Origin: Tubiluchus corallicola
Lineage: Eukaryota > Animalia > Priapulida
NCBI GenBank assembly: GCA_030141605.1
Contig: JAQGDQ010002386.1
Span: forward strand, 224,481-288,480
Direction of reading: 5' to 3'
DNA: 64,000 bases
A model generated the notes under the pieces. It ran no database searches. It was not told where the DNA came from and was given only the letters and a program-made list of their open reading frames with translations. This document shows positions 15,535 through 29,128 of the stretch, in pieces. A program made the translations under genes and the position numbers. Each line of letters starts with the position of its first letter. Positions within the stretch are counted from its first letter, which is position 1.

Positions 15535-15855
15535 ATATGTAGCCGAAGCAGCACAAAAAATCAGAAAAACTATGATTTTTTATGTTTTTAACAAAAATTT
15601 AAGCGAAAAGTTTCATAATTCCTTGAATGAGTTATTCGATATGTGGTAAATTTCATCCGAGATTTTTACCAGTGTAACGTTAAACCATACAAAATATTCA
15701 ATATTTAAACTTTTATTATCAGAAAAACATTACTTTTCTTTTTACTATTAGAAAAATTTCGTGAGTTAAACTGATCTAATCTGGAGGACGTGTTTTAAAA
15801 ATGGGGACGCTGAATCCGCAAAAAATGGGCCTATAAATTTTTATCGGCTACATAT
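15535..15855. mobile_element. Possible MITE remnant bounded by a 12-bp inverted repeat
   Basis: atatgtagccga (15535) and tcggctacatat (15844-15855); no TSD identified. Confidence 0.3.
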
Positions 15856-18664
15856 CGTCAGATAAAATAAATTTGGCTACGGCCCATAAATCACCGTAGA
15901 CGTTGGAAAATCTCTTTAGGTCAAGGTCTGCTGTTGTGCCTGTTGAATCTCCTAGCAACATCTAAAGAACAAGGACATTTATTAAGATGAAAGTGCTATG
16001 ATTGATCGGTGTTAATTTTGGTTCTCCGCTCAGTAAACTTGCATTTGGTAAACCTGTACGGCTACTGCACTTCCTTCGGTTAGAATTTAATCGACTGATA
16101 AATGTGTGTAGTTGATAGACCTGCACTGCCACTCCATTTTCTGCTGATATCTCTTAGCTGACCTGCTAAAGCTGTTCTGGTAGTCTGCTACTGTATTCCT
16201 ACTGTTAACATTTAGCTGACGGCTAAAAGTGCGCTGCTGTTAAACCTAGAGCTTGCTTCTTAACAACAAGAAGTTCAATAACAATATAGGTTTACCTATT
16301 GAATTTCTTATTGTTAATGTTTAGTTGATTTGATAGTGCGTTGTTGGTAAATATGTACTGAACTTCCTAATATTAGCAAATACCTGACTGCTGTTAGTGT
16401 GTACTGCTCCTAAGTTGTGGTACTACTGCACTTCCGACAGTTAGGATTTACCTAACGTGCTAAGGGCGCATGAGCGACGTTTCATGGTACCCACACACCA
16501 TACTGGTACATGGTACCCACACTGTACCGCCTCTCTATACATTTCTCTTTGTGCGTATGACCTCAGCACCTATATAAAGAGGGGTTACAAATCTCTGCAT
16601 TCAATTCACGCTGTTTTTGGCTTTTTGGCTTGCTAGATCATGTCTGGTTTACTAACTCATCTTTGCTGGCTTGCTACAGCACAGATGAGCAGAGTTATGC
16701 ATCTGTTCAGGCTAGTTATGCATACGTTATGTTCAGCTATGCATAAGTTTAGTACAGCTAGTTCAATCCAGCCTATAAAATTAATAAATTATTATTGGTC
16801 TACCGGCGACAGTTTGGAGGCTTCCTCAACGTGTCGTCCGGAAAAAGTGAAGTCAAATAAATTAGCTATTGATATGATGAACAGCGACATAAGCCACTTA
16901 TCATGCTAATTAATGTAGCGAGAGATGTTTGCAGCCTGGATACGCTTACATAATGTAATTGCTGTGCTTGACTTCATGTAGATAATTATGTGATAATCTA
17001 TATTGGGTAATTTTCATGTAATCTGCATTAACAGATGATTCTTACAAATCGACAGCAGTGATAGAAAGGGTCGGTATCTTTAATACCACAATAGTAAGCA
17101 GTTTTTAACCAGCCTTTCTTCTTAACTTTTTTCACGCCGACAATTTGGTGTGTTTCTTCCATTTTTTTCCTTTTCATCCCGCTTACTTGGTCTGTATGTT
17201 TGCCTATTCTATGGGAACAAAGCCCTGCTGTAGTCTGCTGCTAGAGTGATTAAGCGAAGTTGTGAATTACAGCAAAAAGCTAATGAAAACAAAAAACAAA
17301 AACTGAAGTGTACGATTGTTCAGTATGACATCTTGTTGTACACGCTGTTAACTTAAGAGACAGTAAGGCTGTTTCTTGGCATATAGAAAAAAGTGATTAA
17401 TAGAGTAGTCTTAGTTGCTGCATGAACACCAGAGCTTTTACGTTTCATTATGATTATTACATAAAATTGTTTTTCTAAATTCTCTTATAAGTATGAGGCA
17501 CTTGGTGCTAGCAGTTAAACTGTCCCACAAGTATTTGGTTTATTTAGTGGCATTTTGTGTGTTTTCCCTTCGTGGCGTTTTCTGTGCAAGATTAATGATT
17601 GCGTTTATTGATTTTTTGTCTTTTTCTCATGTGGCTTCTATGTAATCCATGAAAAATTACTGCTGGTGTTATCATTATAAAATTTTCAAAAACAAAATGG
17701 TTACATTTTTTATCCTTTTAACTTTTACATAAAGATAGTTCACAGCGTGAATTGACACGCCGCGTCTTAATTTTCATTTTTTCAACGTGTGTCTTTATCA
17801 ATGACGAGTAAATTACAAAACTAATAGTGCCAAATAAGTAATATTAAAATAAATTTAATGAATACCCAAAAGTCCCATTAGTAGGGAAAAGACTGAGAAT
17901 ATGAAAGTAGCAAAATCATTGGTAGAAGAGTGGCAGCTACTTCTACTGTACATAATGCTGAAAGGACATTAAGTTAGCTGTGGTTAGCAAACCACGCTGA
18001 TTGAATTTGCCCATGTAATCTATAAACTGCTGATAGTTAATTAGAGCTGCGAGGCTGAACACCATGCATAGTTAAAACCAATCGGTCACGTGATCAGTCA
18101 CGTGGTCACTGCTTGGTTTCTCCTGTAGCTGACTCCTTAAATCTGCACAAGCTGCTAAATCCAAATGACAAGCGAATTGCGTCATTTTGCAATTACCGAG
18201 TGTTAAAACAAAATGTTGTTTTTGTACGCTGTTGACAAATTGTTCAAATTTGTGGAAACTGAAAGCAGTTAAGATAACGCATATTTGCCTGTGAAAGGTT
18301 CCTGTTTTGTTACTAAATAGCAAGATTGAAATGAACAATAGAGTAGAAAAAATTTCAAGAAATCGTGAACAAAAACACTTAGAAATGACAAAAAGAGCCA
18401 GAACTGGACTTTTCACAATTTTTGATTATCCTATGATCTAAGTACTGATAACTTCAACTGTATATAGGTCAATAATATAATCACCGATTGTGCCAATTAA
18501 TCACCTTATTACTTATTAGTGATTGGATTTTGTTCTCATAGATTTGTAAATACGCAGGGGAAGAAAGAGGGATGAAAAGAGAAAAAATGTGGGAGGAACA
18601 AATCGAAGTTTCGACGTGAAAAGAGTTAAGAAGAAAAAAATAGGAAAAGAATAAAAACTCGACA

Positions 18665-18897
18665 ACTAGAAAGCCACTCTGTAGAGTTCACTCAGCTCAG
18701 ACTTTTCCATTACAAGAATACACTTAATAAATAAAATAGATTTCCTTTAGTAATTCTTGATCGATAATTAACAAAAATGAAAATCATACCACTCCACAAA
18801 ATTTCAAGGAAATCGGTTAAGTAGTTTTTACGTAATCCTGCTAACAGACAAACCAACAAACCAACGGCTATGAAAGCATACCCTCCATGGCAGTAGT
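18665..18897 (+). mobile_element. Helentron/HINE-like non-autonomous element
   Basis: aaatttcaaggaaatcggttaagtagtttttacgtaatcctgctaacagacaaaccaacaaac...ccctccatggcag: an ACAA/ACAG microsatellite followed by a degraded terminal hairpin, as in DINE-1/HINE-type 3' ends (recognised from memory). Confidence 0.5.
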
Positions 18898-20627
18898 TGG
18901 GGTGTCAGATTTGTGGAAGGTCGAAAATGTCGGAAAGAAAGCTTGTCCAGAAAAAAGAAAGCTAATATAAAAAGAAATTCAAAAAATGTATAATTTTGTA
19001 TTAATGTTCTGATATTGATAACAGAACGATTTTGAATTTGAAAAATCAGATTTAAAACGGCTATCAGCTTATAAAGCTTCTTCATTCTTGACAACAGAAT
19101 TCACCACGTCATGTCTAATACCAACACTCTTTTCATAATAAAAACAACAAAATCATTGTTGAAAAATTAATTCAGAGTTAATAGATGTTTAATATTTGAA
19201 TTCGGTCTGATTGCAGAGGCGTGTGGACTACTTCACACTGTGAAATAAGCCAGGAAGCTTCTTGTCCTTACCAGGCTTGAAAAAAATTGAAACAAAAAAA
19301 AAGCTGTAGAGGTCGTACGTTACGTACACTGTGACGTTTTCTAGCATCTTTTTAGCATTATTATTTGCTCAGAAAAGAAGCCCACCGGTTTACTGCTACA
19401 TAGCAACAGCGGCATCAGCAGCAACTGCAACAACCGTCTTCGCAATTTTACTTTATTTCTTCAAAAGTCCGTTTTAATTAATTAGGTAAATTTGCTTGTT
19501 ACAGCTTGTAAACAGCTGTGCGCAATTAATTAGTCAAGTCGTTTGCTGAACATGTAAAACTGATCAACCATTACATCTGTTTATTACGTTTATGTAGGGT
19601 GACGTATTCTAATGAATTCCTGTTGGGATTCAACAACAATAATTAAAATTTTATTGCTATGATTTGTGGAAAACCACTATTCATTTCATGTATTTAGTAA
19701 AGTAGATCTGAGATTAAAGTCATGGAGACGGTTTAACCAAATCGGTTTTGAATTTGTTGTGAATTGGGTGGGTGGAATTATGGTATAGAAGTCAAAGAAA
19801 TTCAGTTCATTTCTGGGGTTTATTAAACAAAAATCAATCAAAATTTAAAAGAAGCATTAATCTATATTCAGGAATTTTACGCCGAGGACGCTTCAGTTCT
19901 GATATCAAGATCGAAGACTAATACTGTTAAAGATTTTGTCGGAAAGATAATATGATATCTGCCAAGCTTGATAGAATTACATTATATAGTTAAGTTGGAA
20001 AGTTTAGTTAGCTAAAGCCAGAAATGAGTTGGAGTCAAGCCTTAAGTTACTGAATATTTTTCATTTTTATAGTACAAAAATTCAGAATAGTTTAGTAGTA
20101 TTATTTGATGTACAAATAATTGTAATCTATAGGTTATAGTCTATAATCCATTATTGTAATCTCTCCTGCTTTTACTAAATTTGAAAATATCTAGTGACTT
20201 TAAAAGTGAAATCAAACAAAAATATGGAAACTGTGTCAGAAACACTTAATTCTAATAGTTATGGGTCTTGGCCAGAATAGAATTGAATCACACAGCACGC
20301 ATTTTTGCACCTAGTCCATAGGTTTTGTGAATTTACATGGCAAATAGCCTTAGCAAACATGCGATATTACGATATTATCGATACAACTTTTCGATATTAA
20401 AACGGGTGCTAATGATCAAGGTTTTAGCTAAATGTCAGAAATTTAGATTGATTAGATTAATCGTAATTCTAGACACGTGAAACACGATTTTTTTTGTAAT
20501 TTTAAGATATGCATTTGACAAACAAGTGCTAACAAATGTAAATAAATTGGCACAGGAAAATGTCACACTTAGTAAATATGTGTTTATGGTTAGCGTTACA
20601 GTGGGTGATAATTATTTTAGTTATTTT

Positions 20628-20800
20628 TATCTTTGCCAAGGAAGTTGCGCTTCAACAAAGTTTGTTTGTCTGTTTGTTTGGTTGCCCTTTGTCAGTTATG
20701 GCAGTAAGCCTACTACGCCAGAACTTGACGACCGAACACTTTGTACAAAAAGCATTCGTGAAGCACTTCGTGGGGGTCTCAGAGGAAATATCTAGTACAT
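20628..20800 (-). mobile_element. Second Helentron/HINE-like remnant, opposite orientation
   Basis: tatctttgccaaggaagtt...gtttgtttgtctgtttgtttg is the reverse of the same hairpin + microsatellite end. Confidence 0.4.
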
Positions 20801-21654
20801 CTTTTTTGCTATCTCCGCTTAGGCAAACAACTACGAGTTAGTTGCAGTTCCATTCTCGCTTGTATATTAAAACTGTGTAACGCTGCATATAACCTTCACT
20901 TATTAAGGTGTATAACCTAATAAGGTGAGTTACTATATATATATGCTGTCTATGTGTAGAGACACGTATATATTTGTCAGTCTATTAATGCGCCAAAATT
21001 AATGGCTAAAAAGTAGATAAACACTGTGTGGAACGTTCGTGCATTATTGATTATAAATCTATTTAATGAACAAATATTATAAGTCTTTTGCTAGTCTATA
21101 TAACACCAATGCAGGTATATTTTTGTATTACTGCCTGTTTACCTTTGTGTTAAAATTTTTTAATCACCAAAATCAGACGAATAAGTTTACGATTGTTCGG
21201 CTTTGCTAGAGATCTGTTTCTTACTGAGCGCATTCTAGTTTTATTACAGAAATCAAGTACATTAAAATAGCATACATGCCATTTTTCCTGTGTCATTTTT
21301 ACCGCGCACCTGCTAACACGTGTTGAACTTCACCTGCGTGTACCATCATCGTCATCATCGGGCTTCTTATCTTGTAATTCTTAACGGGAAATTTTTTTGT
21401 CTTGATAAACAGAGCCTTGCCAGCTTTCTGAAGGAGATTAATGTAAACCTAATCAAAATAAACTAAGAATTCTAGTTTTGTAGACCGGAATTCATATTTT
21501 CACCCTTCTAATAACCTTCTTACGTTAAGTAGCTACTAGCTTTGTTTGGAGCTAAATTTGTATAGAAAATAAAAATGTAAATTTTAGATTCTTTTGAAGA
21601 AAAATTATTTTAACAGCAATTTACTCTGGGAAAACTTAGAAATTTGGAATGGAA

Positions 21655-22240
21655 GTACTAACGTGCTTGGATCCGGCACGTCATATTTGTAGCTCGTTTC
21701 TTGTAAATTTAATGGTTTCTTTAAGCTTTTATTTTTGCCATGGCCCGTTTTATTCGTGAAAATCTACAATTTTGCTACGATGACGAAATGCGTTTGTTTT
21801 TATCAGCACTGTCTATCAGGTATAAAACCGCAGATACATAATGGCCTCGTCGGTTCAGTGGATAGGCAGAAGGTGTTTTTAACAACTCAGCACTTGTTCT
21901 TGTCAGCCAACATGTAGACCTCGAAGTAGATTCCTGGCTAGTCTCTGTTTAAATTCGTGTTTCGAGTTCAATGTGTATCAGCATCATCGTTATAATATAT
22001 TAGAATGACAGAAGCCCAACAATATAATTAATGCCTAGGTCAGATCCATTTAACGGGCATATTTGAGGGCATATTGGGAAAGTGAAAAGTCGGCGTTCGT
22101 TAGGGTCTGCGCAATGGTTTCTATAATGAAATCCGTGGCCTGTGATAGCCTTCAAAGTTAAATGCGACGCAAACACCTTCAATAACATGACCAAGCTTTC
22201 GGTATTTCGTGCTTCGTGCCGGATCCAATAACTAGTGCAT
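21655..22240. mobile_element. Non-autonomous DNA transposon, ~580 bp
   Basis: Perfect 14-bp inverted repeat ttggatccggcacg (21667-21680) / cgtgccggatccaa (22215-22228); related left end recurs at 31546. Confidence 0.65.
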
Positions 22241-24632
22241 TGTCACACATTTGTTACTTATTCAACGAAGGTCACTTGCTAACCTCTTTTATTGCTACTT
22301 CCATAAAAGTTTCTTCTAATGTAGATGGTGGCTTCGTTGGTCGTCTCATGTTCTTTTACAAGTAGAGTACCTGAAGTAAAGCAAGTCAAATACATAATTT
22401 ATTAGCAACCGATGTGAACTAAAATTTGTAAAAGTTTGTATTTCATCATTAATTCAGTACAAGATTCGGTTTGTATTAGAGCGATCTTATAGTATTCGGT
22501 TCTAATTTTTATTAATTTAACCGCTACAAAATAGTAAATATCTGTATATCAAAAGTTTATGAATAGTTTTTAAAATCCTCATTATCAGTTGTCGATGGAA
22601 AAACACATTATGAATTTCATTTTACTTTTGTAAGTGCAAGTTTACATACTTAAAATAACAACAGTTTGACAAAATCTGTTTATTTCTTCGGTTCTGGCCT
22701 ATAAGTTACTAATGAGAGTCGAATACATTTCCCAATAACAGAGAAATGAGGCAAACGCGCAAAGGCAAATTTGAACGTTTGCCGTAAGAAGCCGCGACCA
22801 TTAGAAATTTGAAGCTGGGAGTGAACAAATATACAGACTACATTAATAATTTAAATCTGTGGAAATCGCTAGTTTTAAAATGATAAAGTTTTGAACATTA
22901 TTAGGCTTCATTCATTAGCAGAAACGTCGCACAGTTAATTCTTATTTTTAACAAGGCATGCGCCATTCTATTCCCTTTATATTAATCTGCAAATTATGTG
23001 GATGAACTAGGTTTATTTATTACATTTTGACACAAAGAACAGCGCACACCAATGATGCAGTGTAAGAATCACACAAACGCATACAATTAGACTAGAAATG
23101 TACACCAAAATATAAAGTACGCATAAAAAGTAATATAAGTCGACGTGTTTATCTGCAAATGTCTACAACTGTAATACGTTTCATGTTGTTTATCAGCCAC
23201 TGCTGTCTACGAAATTGAATGTGGTAAAAACACATTTGTAGAAATTCCTGAAACAGTAGCTACAGGCACTTTTCTAAGAATGTAAATTATGCTCTCAGTA
23301 AAAACTGACATTTTTTGATATTGTTACACGAAGGTCCACTGGCTTCCAGATAAATTTTTCGTAAACTAAGATATTTGTATAATCTTTATATTGTCTCGCT
23401 GTAAGAATGCCACTGAAGCTTGACACGCGCTGCAAAGGGAGGTAGAATATTGTAATTATTATAGACCACTGTTTCACTGAATAATTGATCACGTGATAAC
23501 ATATATACGTCTCTCTCGCTGCTTTCTATCGCTGGGGAGTTAAAACATAATGGAAATTGTATCAAGCTAACCGTAATGGCACATGGGTAGTAAGACTATG
23601 TAGACTTGCTTCAGTGTAACATATTTTAAATGTCTATAGTAAATAGACCTTTAGGCGGTAGTCGACACACGGCTACGGCAATTGTTACTAGTCGTAAAGT
23701 ATAAGATGTGAGGTGTTTATCACCCAAATTAACATATCACGTATTTTATTCATAAATAATTTGAACAACAGTTCAGGACATGTGATGATAGCAAAAGTAC
23801 GTTAAATGAATAAAATTGCCCAGTTTGAGCAGGATAATACATATAAAACATCACTTTAAAAAAATTACAATATATAAAACTTAGGTTTAAAACAATTACT
23901 ATATATAAAACACAGGTTTCAAACAATTACATTATATAAATATACGTTTAGAACGATTACAATCTAACATTTACACAATTGCATTTATTTATCTATTTAT
24001 TTATTTATTTATTTATTATTAACAATTGCGTTTAACAGTAATGCACAAAAAACAATTAAGAAACTAACCAAGTAATAATTACACAGAGAGATGATCTGAA
24101 AATTTGAAATTAGTTAAAAGATAAATGAGATTCTTTTAAAGCTTGGTAAAACACATCGGCAAAATTGAAAGTTTACATTTCGATGTCAAGATGGACTGAG
24201 TCATTCCAACTCGGGTATGCTGTTGAATAGAGAATATGTGGGTAATGTTGTAATCTTTCTTATTTTCTTGAATATTTTTGATGAAAGACTGGTTATAGAT
24301 CTTACCTTGTGTGGTCATTAGTCTTGTTTGGGAGCGTATGTGCACCTTTTATCCTTATTTTACACTTACTTACATTGATTTTCCTGACTTTATTTCATTG
24401 ATCTTAATTAACCTGGTTTGACTTGCTTACGTTGAATTTGTTGTGACATTTGGAGGCTGCTATCGCTACGTTCTTTCGCCAAAATTACAGGCTTCTGTAA
24501 TTTAATTTATAGTTCAAAAAGTCTGTAGTCTTCTAATGAATTTTTTTTAAACTAACAACAAACTGTTATAATTAAGAATTGGGGTAAATTTCTGCATTTC
24601 ACGTTATTTATTGTTTATCTGAATAAAAACTA

Positions 24633-25585
24633 CCGTAAAACGGGGTGAGTTCGCCACTTTTTAAGGGTATTTTTTTACATTTCCTGCCTTAGCAAGAGAA
24701 TTAGCCAACCGATTTTCTTAGTTCAAGCTTTATATTGCCCTTCGAATAAAACACTATCGTGGGGTGAATTCGCCGCTAACAATTTAACACTGTTTAATGC
24801 CATTCTAGGCAGCTGAAGTTAACTGGTTGTGATTGGCTGGTTGGGGGTGAGTTCGCCACCCTATGAAAAAATTATAAAAAATGTCTAGTTTTAGTTTTCA
24901 AATATAAACTTCTACGTTGGCAAGGAAGGCTTGAACGTCTTGTGCACTGATCTTATCGCGGTCGCCCTTGATGTTGCCAGCCACTCTGAAAACCAGATTG
25001 TTCCTTCGGGCGAATGATTTGACAAAGTCTATTCCAGGGGTGTTTGCCTTGAATCGTCGTTCCTGGATTCCCTTCGCGTCAAGAACACTCTTAATCAGTA
25101 GTCGGAGATCGATGGCAGTCATTGGGAACCCCCACTCAGCGGCCACTGGGAGTGTACTGGCGATTTCGTGCTCCTCGGCGGCGGAGAACACTGGCTGACT
25201 TCCGGTCTTCTGCGGATGACTTCCGGAGAGTTTGTCAGAAAGGTCTTTCTTGGAACTCCGAATTGCCTCGCCGCTGGGCTGATTGTCCTGTTGGTATTCT
25301 TGACGGCATGTAGGGCAGCTTCCAGAGCTTCTGGGGTATAATTTTGGTATCTATGACCCGGTACAGTGGTGCAGGTGCGTGGCATGTTAAGTAGCCAGAA
25401 ATAGTAGACAAATAATATGTAGCGCAGAATGGAATACTTCTAGTGCGAATTGAAAGAAGATAACTGTCGCAAACTGTTTATAATGACGGTGATCATGATA
25501 TCTGTTCATTAAATACTGAACAATAGTTACAGCAAACCTACAATGGCCATTATGTAAGGGGTGGCGAACTCACCCCGTTTTACGG
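24633..25585 (-). mobile_element. Internally deleted pogo-family (Tc1/mariner superfamily) DNA transposon, 953 bp
   Basis: Perfect 25-bp TIRs ccgtaaaacggggtgagttcgccac (24633-24657; reverse complement at 25561-25585); TA target duplications at 24631-2 and 25586-7; extra ggggtga(a/g)ttcgcc copies at 24761 and 24844; transposase HTH fragments inside. Confidence 0.95.
24898..25385 (-). pseudogene. Truncated pogo transposase: HTH_psq + CENP-B-type HTH, one frameshift near 25240, no DDE domain
   Basis: YTPEALEAALHAVK...AARQFGVPRKT (psq-like HTH), then in a shifted frame FSAAEEHEIA...WGFPMT...PGIDFVKSFARRN (CENP-B HTH); adding 1 nt joins the frames into ~162 aa. Confidence 0.88.
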
Positions 25586-26537
25586 TAGTTATTTATTTAT
25601 TCACTTGCTAGTACTATGCTGAAATTGATGGAGCAAAATTAGCCAGGATTTGTACTGAAATATGGTCGAGTAAAAGTACAGCGGCTAGCCGTCTCTGGCG
25701 TTGATTAATGCTCTTTCTCGCCTAGATCTCAATGGTCTTTGTTATTTCAGGTTCACACTGTAAATATTGGATGATCAGTCGAGTGGACAAGGGAAAATCC
25801 TTGACCGATCAATACGTGATTGCCAAACCTAATTGATATCGATTACGCTAATCGATGCTGTGACCGTAGTTGTGTTTGCATCTGCCGATGGCTGTTCCCA
25901 CTCAAGAAGACCTTCAGAAAAAGCGGAGCCCTTTTAGTGGGAAGCCCTTTTATTTATAATGAAGCGAGAAGAGCTGTACACGTTCTTGAAGAACCGCATT
26001 TCTTCGGGAAAAACCGAAACGTGATACAATGTAATGGTGCAAAAATAGAAACCTCTATAAACTCACAAGAAAACACGAGCCAACGCTGCGGCAGCTTAAT
26101 TAGTTTTATTGGTGCTAACTCACCTCATTGTGTTGGCGGTAGCGTGATGGATATGAGAGTACGCATGAACATTTTCACGCACCCACCACGGACATGTCGG
26201 TAGTGATTAACATCAGCTGTGCGGACGTAAGTGGTTTCAGTCCTTCGATGTTGACGTAATTAGCAATAACAGCTTCGTGCTAGATTAGATATTAGTGAGC
26301 TTAATCGAGGAAGGTCTACTAACACATGAGACTTGCTGCAGCCACTAATATACTAAAGACTTATTAGTTTATTATAGTGGCACTTGCGTAGTGAGAACGT
26401 AAATTTTTGTGTCTTTCTTTATGTTGCATGACATAGACAAGTCTGTGGTCACATTTGAAGGTAACAAGACTTGGCCCATTGGTTGACAAAATGCATGATA
26501 GTAGTGTAGTGCTAATCAACTACACACATTGATTCTA

Positions 26538-28034
26538 ATGGCATTTAATTTTATTCTTGGTAAGCGCCTGGAATCTGTAGCTGAAGGATGCGTTGAACCA
26601 CGGTACGAAAAAGAAAAACGAGAAAAGAGCATGGCAGCCGAGAAAAGGAGAGCAGCACAGGAGTGCCTTTTATTGGAGGAGGATGACAGCAGGGCAGATC
26701 CATCAAAATCCTCGCAGCAGTCAGACACAAACAGACAGAGCAGCGATCTGAACAAGAATGGCGTCATCTGTTCAGATCATCCTAACACACGCATAATGAT
26801 CAACATCAGTGGTTTAAGGTTCGAGACCCGGGTAAAGACGTTACGTCGGTACCCTGATTCTTTGTTGGGTAATCCAGCCAAACGTTGCAAGTACTTCGAC
26901 ACTTTGAGGAACGAGTATTATTTTGACCGACATCGACCTAGCTTTGATGCAATTCTCCATTATTACCAGAGTAAAGGGCGACTGCAGCGACCTGCCAATG
27001 TTCCTATGGACGTATTCATCAGTGAAATCAAATTTTTCCAATTAGGCGAGAAGGTGCTTGAGCAATACTTGGAAGGAGAAGGCATCGTGAAGGAGAAACC
27101 AAGAGCTTTACCAAAAAACCCCACTTTGAGGACAATCTGGAAATTGTTTGAGCACCCAGATGCCGGATGGCCATCACGTATTGTGGCAGTTATATCAATA
27201 TCAGTCATAGTGTTATCTGTGATCACATTCTGTGTGGAAACGTTACCAGAATTTTCTCAAAATAAAACTGTTTTGTTTCAAAATGCCACAAGAGATGAGA
27301 TTGGGGCCTTTCTTTTTAGCGATCCTTTCTTTGTCATTGAGACATTGTGTGTGTGCTGGTTTACATTTGAGTTAATCATGCGTTTTGTGTCGTCGCCAAA
27401 TAAATTTAAGTTCTGGAAAAGTTTTATGAATATTATAGATTTGACTGCCATCGTGCCATACTTCATAGGTCTATCAGTGACATACATCAACAAGTCTGGA
27501 GATATGGGATCGATGAGCTTAGCTGTACTCAGGGTTCTTCGTCTAGTCAGGGTGTTTAGAATATTTAAACTGTCACGACATTACAAAGGTTTGCAAGTCA
27601 TTGGTCAAACTTTACGAGCAAGTATTCCAGAATTAGGATTACTTACTTTCTTTCTCATCATTGGCATGATTCTTTTTGCTAGTGCTGTCTACTTTGCCGA
27701 ACTCGACAAAAGTGACTCTCACTTCACTAGTATTCCAGCCGCATTTTGGTGGGTGGTTGTCACCATGACCACAGTTGGATATGGTGACATGTTTCCACAA
27801 ACAGGTTGGGGAAAGTTGGTGGGATCTCTCTGTGTGATATCCGGTGTTCTGACAATAGCACTTCCTGTGCCTATCATTGTGTCAAATTTTGATTATTATT
27901 ACCACCGTCATTGTGACACTGAAGCTTATACGACAGAAGAGGAGGATCCTCAAGCTGATGGCGATATAGGTACCAGAATAGATTTGGAAGCAGCTGGTAG
28001 CAAAAATGATGATTACGATGAAACACATTGCTGA
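26538..28034 (+). CDS. Sh: Shaker-family (Kv1/KCNA-like) voltage-gated K+ channel, uninterrupted ORF; start ATG at 26538 or 26631
   Basis: T1 domain [10 protein letters not shown]...[25 protein letters not shown]; S4 [18 protein letters not shown]; pore TMTTVGYGD; S6 [12 protein letters not shown]; C-terminus ETHC. Confidence 0.97.
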   Translation: MAFNFILGKRLESVAEGCVEPRYEKEKREKSMAAEKRRAAQECLLLEEDDSRADPSKSSQQSDTNRQSSDLNKNGVICSDHPNTRIMINISGLRFETRVKTLRRYPDSLLGNPAKRCKYFDTLRNEYYFDRHRPSFDAILHYYQSKGRLQRPANVPMDVFISEIKFFQLGEKVLEQYLEGEGIVKEKPRALPKNPTLRTIWKLFEHPDAGWPSRIVAVISISVIVLSVITFCVETLPEFSQNKTVLFQNATRDEIGAFLFSDPFFVIETLCVCWFTFELIMRFVSSPNKFKFWKSFMNIIDLTAIVPYFIGLSVTYINKSGDMGSMSLAVLRVLRLVRVFRIFKLSRHYKGLQVIGQTLRASIPELGLLTFFLIIGMILFASAVYFAELDKSDSHFTSIPAAFWWVVVTMTTVGYGDMFPQTGWGKLVGSLCVISGVLTIALPVPIIVSNFDYYYHRHCDTEAYTTEEEDPQADGDIGTRIDLEAAGSKNDDYDETHC

Positions 28035-29011
28035 GATACAGAACGGATTCGTGGTGGATATCTTACAAGCGTACGTTATTTATGTTTAATAATTGTTTCT
28101 CTGTAATACTCATTTCTGGAATGTCTACGATCTGGAATTTTTTCGTTTTGCAGTGTATTTTAAATTTGTTAACAGTTTTAACTAAGTAAAGAAGTTTTTC
28201 AACTTGATTATTAGAGCCCTAATATAGGCATGTACCCCATTTTCATTCCATATTAGAATGCCTTGTATACATTCTGTATGTATAGTCATGAGAAATGTGA
28301 CCTTGTCTTTTACTGTGATACATATAAAGACGGTCAGGTGAACTATAATCATACCTAGGTTTACCGCAATACATGATGTTGGTCTCACATTTCAAGTATG
28401 CTCGTCTTTATTATAATGTGTAATGTTTTGCTAAGTCTGGACTTTAAATGTTCTGCATTTTGTTCGAATTATTCCTATTTTAACAAATTGTAAAAGTAGT
28501 AAGTCTTGATTAAGTTGCTGCAACGCTGCTTTAAATTAGGACTGGTGCCGTAAAATCATTTTGTTCATTCAAATGTACTGAACTTCATAATATACTTAGA
28601 TATCGTTTACTACAGTAACTCTGTTTAATTCGTATCTTTGAGGATGGATGAAATTCTTCGTATTATGCGAAATATGGGTTCTGTGACAATTTGTACATGC
28701 GCATAGAAGCTCATTTGAGTTGTCAGAGTTAATCAGGTCTGTCGTTAGCTGATTTGATTGTATAAAATGATGGAAAGCAATGTGGTCTATTAATAAACAT
28801 GGATGTTTATGAAACAAACATGTTATTTGCTTAAGGCTATGCGATATAATGCCTACCTTCAAAGTAGATGTTGTTTTCTTATACGGATTGTTTGCCATTT
28901 TTATCTTGCTATAACGTTGATAACATTTGTTGTTTCCAGTACCATTTCAAAACTATATTGTGTATTTCTTTCTATTAATTTTTTTGTTATGTCATGCTCA
29001 GTTTTGCAGCC

Positions 29012-29128
<117 letters not shown>

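Noticed and set aside
26184-26195. Partial RE1/NRSE-like caccacggaca upstream of the Kv ORF
   Set aside because: Flanking consensus positions do not match; could be chance
25820-26203. 127-aa ORF upstream of Kv as a separate gene
   Set aside because: Non-ATG start, no recognisable domain; more likely 5' leader sequence
26516-27493. Antisense ORFs over the Kv gene (likewise over the GRL exons, LINEs and transposase)
   Set aside because: Shadow ORFs of real coding strands with no recognisable motifs
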